From Bacteroidales bacterium (lineage in GTDB: Bacteria; Bacteroidota; Bacteroidia; Bacteroidales; P3), in assembly GCA_017446745.1 (NCBI GenBank), contig JAFSQF010000067.1:15010-79009 (forward strand): DNA of 64,000 nt, read 5' to 3'. Each line of letters opens with the position of its first letter. The first letter of the stretch is position 1. Made by a program: the position numbers and the translations under genes. Below are positions 50,392-59,703 of the stretch, piece after piece. Under the pieces are notes generated by a model, which did no database searches, was not told the origin of the DNA, and saw only the letters and a list, made by a program, of their open reading frames with translations.

Positions 50392-51288
50392 ATGAAAAAA
50401 GTACTTAAAATGTTTTTTGCCACATTTGTGGGTGCCACGCTGTTGGCATCGTGTGGCGATGGTTTCAAAACAACCCCTAATGGACTGAAATATAAATTTT
50501 TAGAGGTTAATCCCGAGGCGCAGCAGGTGCAGGACAATGACGTACTGGTTGGTACGTGTACGCTGAAGCTTAACGACAGCGTGCTGGGCGAAGTGAAAAC
50601 TCCCGACCGCATACTGCAGGCCACAGCGCCGGCTTTCAAAGGCGACCTTCCTGAAGGGCTGAAGATGATGCATATAGGCGACAAAGCCATCTTCGTTATC
50701 GAGGCCGATTCGGTGCATGCCCGTGGTGTCAACTTCCCAGACTACTATAAAGAAGGTACGGGAATGAAGCTCTATTACGAGATTAACCTCACCGACATAG
50801 TAACCCTTGAGGAGCTCAACCAGGAACGTGCCAACTATCTTGAGAATATGGAGCAGGCACAGGAAGCCGAGAAGGAGCTGATAGCCAATTATGTGGCTGA
50901 ACACAAGATTAAAGCCACACCCGACGAGGATGGGCTGTACATCATTGTCAACAAAAAAGGCAATGGTCAGAAAGTGGAGATCGGACGTGAGGTTTCGGTC
51001 AACTACACAGGCCGTCTGCTTGACGGAAAGGTGTTCGACACCAGTGTGGAGAGCGTTGCCAAGGATAACGACATGTATGATGCGCGTCGCGGATACAGTC
51101 CGATGACCTATGTGGTGGGGCAGCAGAGCATGATTCCGGGATGGGAGAAAGGCATACTGAACCAGCCTGCCGGCAGCAAACTCACCCTCATCGTGCCATC
51201 CTCGCAGGCCTATGGTCCTCAGGCTGTTGGTTCCATACCTGCCAATAGCACTTTGGTGTTCGACATAGAGATTTTGTCGGTGAAATGA
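50392..51288 (+). CDS. FKBP-type peptidyl-prolyl isomerase lipoprotein (two-domain)
   Basis: Lipobox LLASC. FKBP core VSVNYTGRLLDGKVFDTS...MIPGWEKGI...LIVPSSQAYG. Confidence 0.88.
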   Translation: MKKVLKMFFATFVGATLLASCGDGFKTTPNGLKYKFLEVNPEAQQVQDNDVLVGTCTLKLNDSVLGEVKTPDRILQATAPAFKGDLPEGLKMMHIGDKAIFVIEADSVHARGVNFPDYYKEGTGMKLYYEINLTDIVTLEELNQERANYLENMEQAQEAEKELIANYVAEHKIKATPDEDGLYIIVNKKGNGQKVEIGREVSVNYTGRLLDGKVFDTSVESVAKDNDMYDARRGYSPMTYVVGQQSMIPGWEKGILNQPAGSKLTLIVPSSQAYGPQAVGSIPANSTLVFDIEILSVK

Positions 51289-51370
51289 TTATTTTAATTT
51301 CAATATTCTGAGGCATTGAGCTTTAGAGTTATCGAAGTATCGAAGCTTTGAAATAATAAAAAAAGAGAAG

Positions 51371-51940
51371 ATGTTAAATATAGTCATATTTGGAGCTCCG
51401 GGTGCCGGCAAAGGCACCCAGAGCGACCTTATAGTGGAGCGTTACCACTTGAACCATATTTCTACTGGCGAGTTGCTTCGCAAAGAGATAGCCGACCAGA
51501 CCGAGCTTGGCAAGCGCATCAAAGGCATCATGGATTCTGGCAGCTTGGTGAGCGACGATATCGTAGTGGAAATGATAGACAAAGCCATAGCCAACGACAC
51601 GCAAGGGATACTGTTTGACGGCTTTCCACGTAACGTGGCACAGGCCGAGATATTGGACCGACTGCTTGAGAAGCATGGGCGCCGGTTGACCTGTATGGTG
51701 AGCCTTGATGTGCCGCGCGAAGAGTTGGTGCGTCGAATGCTTGAGCGAGCCAAAATATCCGGTCGCAGCGACGACAACGAAGAGACCATCAAAAACCGTC
51801 TGAAAGAGTATGAGGCGAAGACGCTTCCCGTGGCCGACTACTACGAGAGCAAGGGGCTACATGCCAAGGTGAATGGCTTCGGCAAGGTTGAGGATATATT
51901 CGAGGCCATAGCAAAAGAGATAGATTCGAGAAGGGAATAA
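51371..51940 (+). CDS. adk: adenylate kinase
   Basis: P-loop GAPGAGKGTQ and short LID form (GRSDDNEETI). Confidence 0.95.
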   Translation: MLNIVIFGAPGAGKGTQSDLIVERYHLNHISTGELLRKEIADQTELGKRIKGIMDSGSLVSDDIVVEMIDKAIANDTQGILFDGFPRNVAQAEILDRLLEKHGRRLTCMVSLDVPREELVRRMLERAKISGRSDDNEETIKNRLKEYEAKTLPVADYYESKGLHAKVNGFGKVEDIFEAIAKEIDSRRE

Positions 51941-51961
51941 CACTGCAAATCATTAACAAAA

Positions 51962-52957
51962 GTGACATCCAATTTTGTTGATTATGTGAAGATTTTAGTC
52001 CGTTCCGGCAAAGGCGGAGCAGGGTCGGCGCACCTGCTGAGGGTGAAATACAATGCCAAGGCGGGTCCTGACGGCGGTGACGGCGGTCGTGGTGGCCATG
52101 TGATACTGCGTGGCAGCACTAACCGCTGGACGCTGCTGCACCTGAAATACACCAAGCATGTCTTTGCCGAGAACGGACAGAACGGAGGCCAGAACCTATG
52201 CACGGGACGAGAGGGGGCCGACCAGGTGCTTGACGTGCCGCTGGGGTGCGTGTGCCGTGATGCTGATACTGGCGAGCAGCTGTGCGAGATAACAGAGAAC
52301 GGGCAGACAGCCATCATAGCGCGAGGCGGACGAGGAGGCTTAGGCAACGACCATTTCAAGTCGCCCACCAACCAGACGCCCCGCTACGCGCAGCCTGGCG
52401 AGCCTGCCGAAGAGCGGTGGGTGATAATAGAGTTGAAAGTGTTGGCCAACGTAGGTCTTGTGGGTTTCCCCAATGCGGGGAAGTCCACCCTGCTTTCTGT
52501 TGTTTCCGCCGCCAAACCGGAGATAGCCGACTACCCTTTCACGACCTTGGTACCGAATTTAGGGATAGTGAAGTATCGCGACGACCAGTCGTTTTGCATA
52601 GCCGATATCCCCGGAATCATCGAGGGGGCTGCAGAAGGCAAAGGACTGGGGTTGCGTTTTTTGCGACATATAGAGCGCAATTCGATACTGCTCTTTATGG
52701 TGTCGTGCGAGAGCTTAGACATCAAACACGAGTACCAGGTGCTTTTGAAAGAGTTGGAGAAATACAACCCGGAGTTGCTTGACAAGGAGCGGATATTGGC
52801 CGTAACAAAATGCGACATAATGGACGAGACCATGATGAAGCAGTTGAAGCGTACCCTGCCGCGCACATTGCCTACGATAATGATTAGTGCGGTGACGGGC
52901 TACAATATACAGCAACTAAAAGACATGATTTTTGAGAAATTGAATGGAAGCAATTGA
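51962..52957 (+). CDS. obg: GTPase Obg
   Basis: [18 protein letters not shown] Obg fold, Gly-rich GGDGGRGG, G1 GFPNAGKST and G3 DIPG. GTG start. Confidence 0.95.
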   Translation: MTSNFVDYVKILVRSGKGGAGSAHLLRVKYNAKAGPDGGDGGRGGHVILRGSTNRWTLLHLKYTKHVFAENGQNGGQNLCTGREGADQVLDVPLGCVCRDADTGEQLCEITENGQTAIIARGGRGGLGNDHFKSPTNQTPRYAQPGEPAEERWVIIELKVLANVGLVGFPNAGKSTLLSVVSAAKPEIADYPFTTLVPNLGIVKYRDDQSFCIADIPGIIEGAAEGKGLGLRFLRHIERNSILLFMVSCESLDIKHEYQVLLKELEKYNPELLDKERILAVTKCDIMDETMMKQLKRTLPRTLPTIMISAVTGYNIQQLKDMIFEKLNGSN

Positions 52958-53531
52958 CCGAAGCCTATTTTGGTGGATAAACAGCCACAGCAACACCTTT
53001 TTAGACTGGACCTTATGGACCTTCAGCCAGCATTGGAGCTGGCTGATAGTCATTTTGTTGGTATATGTGTTCACCACGTTGCGCCACGACCGTGGCAACT
53101 GGCTGTGGGTGCTGGTCGGCGTGGCTCTATGTTTTCTGTTGGCCGACCAGATCAGCAACAACGCCATAAAAGAGGGAGTGCAGCGCTTGCGCCCCTGTCA
53201 TGCCATGGAGGGGGTGCGCATGTTCCATACCGGCAAAGGGGGGCTGTATGGTTTTGTGTCGTCGCATGCCGCCAACAGCTTTGCCATAGCCATGTTTTTC
53301 AGCCTGTTGTATGGTGGTGGCAAAAAAGAGGGAGCGAGGTGGCGAGGAGAGTGGGTGCCGTGGGTGATGTTTGTGTGGGCCGCGGTGGTGTGCTACAGCA
53401 GGGCCTATCTTGGCAAGCATTATCCGGGCGATTTGGTATGCGGGGCCTTGTTGGGCCTCGGCGTAGGAGCCCTGGTTTATTTCGCCATGTCGAGGATTAA
53501 GTTGTGGATATCGTCGAGGCGAGAGGCGTGA
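52944..53531 (+). CDS. PAP2 superfamily phosphatase, membrane-bound
   Basis: KX6RP (KEGVQRLRP), SSH (VSSHAANS) and SRX5HX3D ([12 protein letters not shown]) motifs. Confidence 0.85.
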   Translation: MEAIDRSLFWWINSHSNTFLDWTLWTFSQHWSWLIVILLVYVFTTLRHDRGNWLWVLVGVALCFLLADQISNNAIKEGVQRLRPCHAMEGVRMFHTGKGGLYGFVSSHAANSFAIAMFFSLLYGGGKKEGARWRGEWVPWVMFVWAAVVCYSRAYLGKHYPGDLVCGALLGLGVGALVYFAMSRIKLWISSRREA

Positions 53532-54430
53532 AGCACCTTACGCTTGTTCAATTCCGTACCGGGCAATTCTTTCGAGAGTAGGCACCAGTATTCTTTCATT
53601 TTACGGCATTTGGCTTCGTCGCTGATTTCCAGGGCGCGAATATCGTCCATCAAAGAGGATATAAAAGCAGCGGCGGAGGCCACAGGGCGAGGCGCGTTTG
53701 GCGAAGGGAAGTCGGACGCGCATTCTTCTTTTATCTGCGACGGCAGCAGAGGGTTGTACAAAGCGCCGCGGCCAATCATGATGTCTTTTACCGAGGGGAA
53801 GCGGGAGCGAATGCGTTTGTAGTCATAAACTGTGTTGATATCGCCGTTGTAGACGACATGATGCTTAATGCAGGGCAGTATTTCTTCGAATTTTTCCAGA
53901 TTGGGGGAGCCGGAGTAGAGCTGTTTGCCGATGCGGGGATGGACGGTGACGCTCGAGAGGGGAAAGTCGTTGAGGATGGGGATAATGCAGTCTATCTCGT
54001 TGTCGGAGCGGTAGCCGAGGCGCACCTTGACGCTAAGGGATGGTTTGATGCGAGGCGCCACGAAGTCGAGGATGCTGCGCACCTCGTCGGGGAAAGGGAG
54101 GATGCCGGAGCCGCGGTGTTTTGCGGCGACGCGACGCATGGGGCATCCCATGTTCCAGTTCACCTCGGTATAACCCAGGTCGAAGAGGCGGTTGGCCAGT
54201 TCGACGAAGCCGTTGGCTTCATGCCCCAGCAGCTGAGGCACCACGGGCATAGAGCCATAGTTGGCTTCAGGCAGCACATCCTCCACTTTTTTTCCGGCGT
54301 CGCGCAGGTTGCCATGAGTGATGGAGAGGAAAGGACTTATGGCATAGTCGAAAGCGCCGGGGAAGGAACGGTTAAAAGCCTTTCGGAAAAGCACTTCGGT
54401 AAGACCTTGCATAGGAGCGAGAATGAGCAT
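53477..54430 (-). CDS. tRNA-dihydrouridine synthase family protein
   Basis: LAPMQGLTE..FR and VNWNMGCP catalytic Cys context. Overlaps the convergent PAP2 gene by 55 nt. Confidence 0.88.
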   Translation of the reverse strand: MLILAPMQGLTEVLFRKAFNRSFPGAFDYAISPFLSITHGNLRDAGKKVEDVLPEANYGSMPVVPQLLGHEANGFVELANRLFDLGYTEVNWNMGCPMRRVAAKHRGSGILPFPDEVRSILDFVAPRIKPSLSVKVRLGYRSDNEIDCIIPILNDFPLSSVTVHPRIGKQLYSGSPNLEKFEEILPCIKHHVVYNGDINTVYDYKRIRSRFPSVKDIMIGRGALYNPLLPSQIKEECASDFPSPNAPRPVASAAAFISSLMDDIRALEISDEAKCRKMKEYWCLLSKELPGTELNKRKVLHASRLDDIHNLILDMAK

Positions 54431-54457
54431 GGAGATAAGTGTTGAATTGTTGCGTTA

Positions 54458-54594
54458 TATGCCGCCCCTACGGGGCTCAGATAGGATAGGATATTTTCGA
54501 TTCCCGTGGGCTTGCGCCCACGGCTAATATATTTTGTTCTCCGCTTCGCTGTCGAAAGCTCCACTGGAGCTTTCTTCACCCCTACGGGGCTCAG
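54458..54594 (+). repeat. composite multi-hairpin repeat, copy C (full form)
   Basis: H0 GCCCC-TAC-GGGGC, H1 CCGTGGGC-TTGC-GCCCACGG (54504-54523), CTAATATA, module 2 with H2 GAAAGCTCCA-C-TGGAGCTTTC (54554-54574), and terminal CCTACGGGGCTCA. Confidence 0.9.
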
Positions 54595-54607
54595 ATAGAT
54601 TTGTTTG

Positions 54608-55150
54608 TCAAGGCTCATCGTCCATGTGAGCCTTACGGTTTTTGATATAAAGCTCCATGTGGCCTACCAGGTGTTTTCCGGCACGTTGGACGGGAGAGTA
54701 AAGCATAGAGGCCTGCTTGGTTTCTTTGGTTAGTATGCGTTCTTTCAAGTCGATAAAAGTGATGAAATAAAGTAATACTCCAATGATGCAAACACCTTTT
54801 GCGAGCCCCGAGATAGCGCCGGCGATGTTGTTGGCGAAGCCCATGTGGACGAGTTTTACTGAGCGCTCTACCAGTTTGCCTACCAGCATAGAGAGGAACA
54901 CCACAGCGATGAAAAGGAGGAAGAAAGCGATGAGATAGGCGTTGTCGCCCTTGAGGCCAACGGAAGAGGCGAACCAATGAGCGAAGCGGACAGCCACAAT
55001 AGAGCCCACGATAAGGCCGGCCAGAGAAGCCAGCTCGAAAATCAGGCCGCGGCGGTAGCCCTTAAAGATGAGATAGCCGAGTGGCAGAGCAATGATGAGG
55101 TCAAGAAAATTCACGTCAAAGAGTATTTTTTTCGGGGTGCAAAAGTACAT
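54608..55150 (-). CDS. cvpA: CvpA family membrane protein
   Basis: 180 aa, four TM helices, with an N-terminal DLIIALPLGYLIFKGYRRG motif. Confidence 0.8.
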   Translation of the reverse strand: MYFCTPKKILFDVNFLDLIIALPLGYLIFKGYRRGLIFELASLAGLIVGSIVAVRFAHWFASSVGLKGDNAYLIAFFLLFIAVVFLSMLVGKLVERSVKLVHMGFANNIAGAISGLAKGVCIIGVLLYFITFIDLKERILTKETKQASMLYSPVQRAGKHLVGHMELYIKNRKAHMDDEP

Positions 55151-55429
55151 CTTTTTTCGCTAATTAAGAAAAAATCATTATCTTTGTGAGATGAAAAAAT
55201 AGTGGCGATAATGTATAAATGTCAATCTTTCTGTTTTTTATGTATGTAATTAATATATAATGCATCGTTGAAAACGGGGAAAAAAGAGACATAAAAGAAC
55301 ATTATGAGCCCACAAAAGACATAAAAATACTAATGTTTCGGCAAAAAAAGAGTGTCGGGATGGTGCGTTTCCAGATGGGAGTGACCGTGCGATAGTATTG
55401 TCCAAAACTTCACGGAACTATTAATTTGT

Positions 55430-56161
55430 ATGCAGCAATATTACAATTATAGGCTAAGCGAGAGCCTTGACAAGGTGGTGATGGTCGGTGAAGGGCGAGT
55501 CACAGTGGTTGCGTGTCTGAATCCCCATTCGTTCGTCACGGCGCTTGACGACAGCGAATTCCGTCAAGCCTTGGAGAGTTGCGACGTCCTCCTGCCCGAC
55601 GGCGAGGGGGTATGCCTGACCATGCGATGGTATGGCAAGCGTAATATTGTCAAGATAGCTGGCGACGACTTGCACAGCCACTTGTTGCGTCGGCTTGCAG
55701 ACCGAGGAGGGCGAGTGTACTATATGGGGAGTCGGCGTGAGGTTTTGACGCTCATAAAGAGGCGAGTGGAGCGAGAGCATGCGGGCATAGAGGTGCGGTG
55801 CTGGTCGCCGTCGTGGGGTCGTGAGATTCCGGAGGAAGAGAGCCGAGAGATATTGTCCGACATCAAAAGCTTTGCACCCGACGTGTTGTTTGTAGGGATG
55901 ACAGCGCCGAAGCAAGAGAAATGGGTGGCGCGCCACCGCGACGAGCTTAGCGGGGTTGGCGTGGTGGCGTCGATAGGTGCGGTGTTTGAGTTTTATGCCG
56001 GCACCGTGAAGAGGGCGCCGGGATGGATAGTGCGGCTGAAGATGGAATGGTTGGTGCGCCTGCTGAAGGAACCGCGCCGGATGTGGCGACGCAATTTCGT
56101 GTCGACCCCCCGATTCCTGCTGTGGACCTGGAAGCACAGGAAAGAGATAAAGAAAACATAA
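55430..56161 (+). CDS. WecB/TagA/CpsF family glycosyltransferase
   Basis: 243 aa. VLLPDGEGV and GMTAPKQEKW motifs. Confidence 0.85.
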   Translation: MQQYYNYRLSESLDKVVMVGEGRVTVVACLNPHSFVTALDDSEFRQALESCDVLLPDGEGVCLTMRWYGKRNIVKIAGDDLHSHLLRRLADRGGRVYYMGSRREVLTLIKRRVEREHAGIEVRCWSPSWGREIPEEESREILSDIKSFAPDVLFVGMTAPKQEKWVARHRDELSGVGVVASIGAVFEFYAGTVKRAPGWIVRLKMEWLVRLLKEPRRMWRRNFVSTPRFLLWTWKHRKEIKKT

Positions 56162-56166
56162 TACTT

Positions 56167-56970
56167 ATGAAACGCATAATCAATAAATTGTTTTTATTCT
56201 TAGGCATGGCGTTGTTGGCCACGTCGTGCGGCACAGTGGAGGAGTATGTGCTGTTGAACGATTTGGACGTCAACACCTACTACAAGATGCCCCCGATGGA
56301 GGAGTTGCATATAAAGCGAGGCGACGAGCTTCGTATAGTGGTGACGCACAAGCTGCCACAGATATCCGAGCTGTTCAACAACAAGCTCAACACTCTGGAA
56401 GAAGGGCAGTCGCTGACCACCTACAGTGTGAATGGCGACGGGTATATCAACTTCCCGTTGTTGGACACCATAAAGGTGGAGGGTCTTAGCTGCACGGAGC
56501 TGGAGCAGTTGCTATCGAAGAAGATAGCCGATGCGGGGCTTGCCACGGGGACCACGGTGAACGTGAAGATTACCAACTTCAAGGTCACCGTGATTGGCGA
56601 GAGTGCCACGGGGATATATGAATTTGACAACGAACGAGCCACGATCTTCGACCTGATAGCCAAGGCCAACTTGGCCCAGGGAAACAACAGCGGCAATGGA
56701 GGGATAAGCATACGCAGGGACAAGATACTGGTGATGCGCGAAGTGAACGGAGTGCTTAATTCCGACTATATCAGCCTATTGTCGAAAGATATCATCTATT
56801 CGCCCTACTACTACCTGCAGCAGAACGACGTGGTGTATGTGTGGCCGTCGCAGACCTCCATACGCGGCAGCAACCGCATTGTCGACTTCTGGCTGGGCCG
56901 CGTGTCGATAATAACCACGGCGGTAAGCCTCGTAACCCTTTTCGTGACGTTATTCCAGAAGAAGCAATAG
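56167..56970 (+). CDS. polysaccharide export outer-membrane protein (Wza/BexD-like) lipoprotein
   Basis: Start set at MKRIINKLFLFLGMALLATSC. Poly_export-like core (YKMPPMEELHIKRGDELRIVV...DGYINFPLLDTIKVEGLS). Confidence 0.82.
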   Translation: MKRIINKLFLFLGMALLATSCGTVEEYVLLNDLDVNTYYKMPPMEELHIKRGDELRIVVTHKLPQISELFNNKLNTLEEGQSLTTYSVNGDGYINFPLLDTIKVEGLSCTELEQLLSKKIADAGLATGTTVNVKITNFKVTVIGESATGIYEFDNERATIFDLIAKANLAQGNNSGNGGISIRRDKILVMREVNGVLNSDYISLLSKDIIYSPYYYLQQNDVVYVWPSQTSIRGSNRIVDFWLGRVSIITTAVSLVTLFVTLFQKKQ

Positions 56971-57065
56971 GAAAAGCAATCATATTGAACAGTTTAATAA
57001 GTTGATTATAAAAGCTCCGGCGAGACCGGAGGAGCAGGCGAACACAGAAAAAAAACAGAAGAACA

Positions 57066-59480
57066 ATGATAGACCAAGCAAACAACACCAATAGTGGAGC
57101 CCCGACGGTGCGGAAAAACACCAACCGTTTCATCATACACAACATCATAGAGCTGTTCATGTCGGCATGGTATTGGATAATAGTGTCGTTGGTGGTGTGC
57201 CTGCTGGCGGCATGGCTGTATTTGAAGATGAGTCCCGACGTGTATTCAGTGGCGGCGACCATACAGATCAACTCGCCCAATCAGCAGGTGAACCAAGACG
57301 TGATGAAAGCCTTCCGCACGCCGAGCAGTGCGGAGAAGGAGATCCACTTCTTCATGTCGCGTCAGGTGATAGACGACGTGGTGCGCGACCTGAACCTCAC
57401 GGTGACGTACATCCAGAGCCACCTATTCCGCGACGAGGACCTATACGACAAGTCGCCGATCGAGGCCTTTTTTGTCGACAACAACTATCCGGCCTGCAAT
57501 TTCATAGCCGAATGTCATACAGGGGGCTACACGCTGACCACCATCGAGACCGAGCGAGGTGTCAGCCCATTGAGCTGGAAGGCCAACTACGGCGACACCT
57601 TGGTGACTCCCAAAGGCGTGATAGTCATCAATAAGCGTCCGGGATACAGCAATCTTGACAAAGAGGAGGTGAAGATACAGTTCCGTCCGTTGAGCGAAGC
57701 CACGTCGATGTACATGGGGAAGATGAGTGCCTATATAGTGGACGAGGATGCCGGCAACATACGTCTGACAATGAACGAGGAGAACCTGAAGCGCGGCATC
57801 GACATCATCAACCTGTGGATAGAGTCGTACAACCGCCATACGGTGGACTACAAGAACCGTGTGGCGCAGAACACAGCCCAGTTTATAGAGGAGCGCCTTC
57901 AGGTTATCAGCCTTGAGCTCTCCGATGTTGAGGACGATTTGGAGAACTATATGCGACAGCACAATATCAGCGACATGAACACCGAGACGGGGAGCAACAT
58001 CACCAGCCGCAACCAGTACGCCCAGTCGCTGGTCGACGAGGAGGTAGCGGTGCGCATAGCCCGCGACCTTCAGAACCGCATCCTCGACGCGCGCCCCTTC
58101 ACCATCCTGCCCAATATATCGATCAACAACGGCAGCGTCAACCAGCTTATCAACGAATATAACCAATCGGTGCGCGAGCGTCAGGAGCTCATAGCCAACT
58201 CGAGTACCGGCAGCCCGCTGGTGGCGGAGAAGGAGTCGCAGATGGACGTGATGCGCACCACCATATTGCGCACGATAGACAACTACATCGAATCGTTGCA
58301 GATACGCATCCGCGAATACCGAAACCAGGAGATTCGCACCACCACGGCCATCAACATGGTACCCACACAGCGTCGCGAGATGCAGTCGTTCACGCGTCAG
58401 CAGTCAATCAAAGAGCAGCTGTACCTTTATCTGCTCAACAAGCGTGAAGAGAACGCGCTGAAGATGACCATCACCGAGGCCGACACCCGCGTGGTGGACT
58501 ATGCAGCCGGCGGCAAGATAGCGCCGGTTCCGTCGCGCACCTATTCCATAGCCTTCATCATAGGGTTGCTGATACCCATAGGCGTGGTGATGCTCATCAA
58601 ATGGCTCGACGTGCGCATCCGCAGCAAGAAAGATGTGGAGGCCTACTGCTCCATACCGGTGGCCGGCATCATCCCCATGGTTGAAGAGGGAGGCAGCCGC
58701 GTCATCACCAAGAGCGGCAAAGACCGTTTCAACGAGACTTTCCGCATCTTGCGCAACAACATACAGTTCATGTGCGGCCAGGTGGAGGGTGGCAAGGTGC
58801 TGATGATGACCTCCACGATGTCGGGCGATGGCAAGAGCCTGCTGGCCTACAACATAGCCCTGTCGTTCGCCTATGCCGGCGAGAAAGTGCTGCTGATAAA
58901 CAGCGACGTGCGTAAGCGCGAGACGTGGCATGGCACCAAGGAGAAATACCGTCACGGCTTGTCGACCTATCTTGCCAAACGCGACAACGACATCAACGAA
59001 CTCATTATGGACGACGAGATTTGCCCCGACCTGAAGGTGATACATAATGGTCCCATACCGCCTAACCCTGCCGAGATATTGATGAGCCACCGTTTCGACG
59101 AACTCGTGGCATGGGCACGGACACAGTACGACTACATAGTCATCGACAGCGTTCCTATCGACATCGTGGCCGATGCCACCATAGTGAACCGCCTGGTCGA
59201 CGCCACCTTCTTCGTCATTAAGGAGAAGACCTCCGACCGCCGCATACTGATGGAGCTGGAGGAATTCTACAAGACAGGTAAGCTCAAGAACATGAGCATT
59301 ATCCTCAACAGCTATAAGATACGCAAGCACAGCTATGGCTATGGCGGTTATGGCTACGGCTACGGTTACGGCTACGGCTATGGTTATGGCTACGGTTATG
59401 GGTATGGCTATGGTTACGGCGACGGCTATGGCGACAGCAAGACCGACGAGAGCGAGGTGCTGAAACCAGCCGACAAATGA
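57066..59480 (+). CDS. Wzc/GumC-type polysaccharide co-polymerase and BY-kinase with (GY)n tail
   Basis: Wzz-like N-terminus with TM helices. Walker A MSGDGKS, A' LLINSDVRKR and B YDYIVIDSVP. C-terminal tract with 15 Tyr. Confidence 0.9.
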   Translation: MIDQANNTNSGAPTVRKNTNRFIIHNIIELFMSAWYWIIVSLVVCLLAAWLYLKMSPDVYSVAATIQINSPNQQVNQDVMKAFRTPSSAEKEIHFFMSRQVIDDVVRDLNLTVTYIQSHLFRDEDLYDKSPIEAFFVDNNYPACNFIAECHTGGYTLTTIETERGVSPLSWKANYGDTLVTPKGVIVINKRPGYSNLDKEEVKIQFRPLSEATSMYMGKMSAYIVDEDAGNIRLTMNEENLKRGIDIINLWIESYNRHTVDYKNRVAQNTAQFIEERLQVISLELSDVEDDLENYMRQHNISDMNTETGSNITSRNQYAQSLVDEEVAVRIARDLQNRILDARPFTILPNISINNGSVNQLINEYNQSVRERQELIANSSTGSPLVAEKESQMDVMRTTILRTIDNYIESLQIRIREYRNQEIRTTTAINMVPTQRREMQSFTRQQSIKEQLYLYLLNKREENALKMTITEADTRVVDYAAGGKIAPVPSRTYSIAFIIGLLIPIGVVMLIKWLDVRIRSKKDVEAYCSIPVAGIIPMVEEGGSRVITKSGKDRFNETFRILRNNIQFMCGQVEGGKVLMMTSTMSGDGKSLLAYNIALSFAYAGEKVLLINSDVRKRETWHGTKEKYRHGLSTYLAKRDNDINELIMDDEICPDLKVIHNGPIPPNPAEILMSHRFDELVAWARTQYDYIVIDSVPIDIVADATIVNRLVDATFFVIKEKTSDRRILMELEEFYKTGKLKNMSIILNSYKIRKHSYGYGGYGYGYGYGYGYGYGYGYGYGYGYGDGYGDSKTDESEVLKPADK

Positions 59481-59506
59481 TGAAAATAGGCGCGACCGGT
59501 TAGGTA

Positions 59507-59644
59507 TGTGCCGCCCCTACGGGGCTCGAAATAAAGGGGTGGGGACGTTGTTTCCGTGGGTTTGCACCCACGGCTAATATATTTTTGTTCTACGCTTCGC
59601 TATCGAAAGAGCCACTGGCTCTTTCTTCACCCCTACGGGGCTCA
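59507..59644 (+). repeat. composite multi-hairpin repeat, copy D (full form, compensated stems)
   Basis: H1 CCGTGGGT-TTGC-ACCCACGG (59554-59573). H2 GAAAGAGCCA-C-TGGCTCTTTC (59605-59625). Confidence 0.9.
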
Positions 59645-59703
59645 GCGAGGAGCTGAAACCGGCAAACGAATGATGACTGACAGAAAAAAATAACTTAGGA
59701 TAG

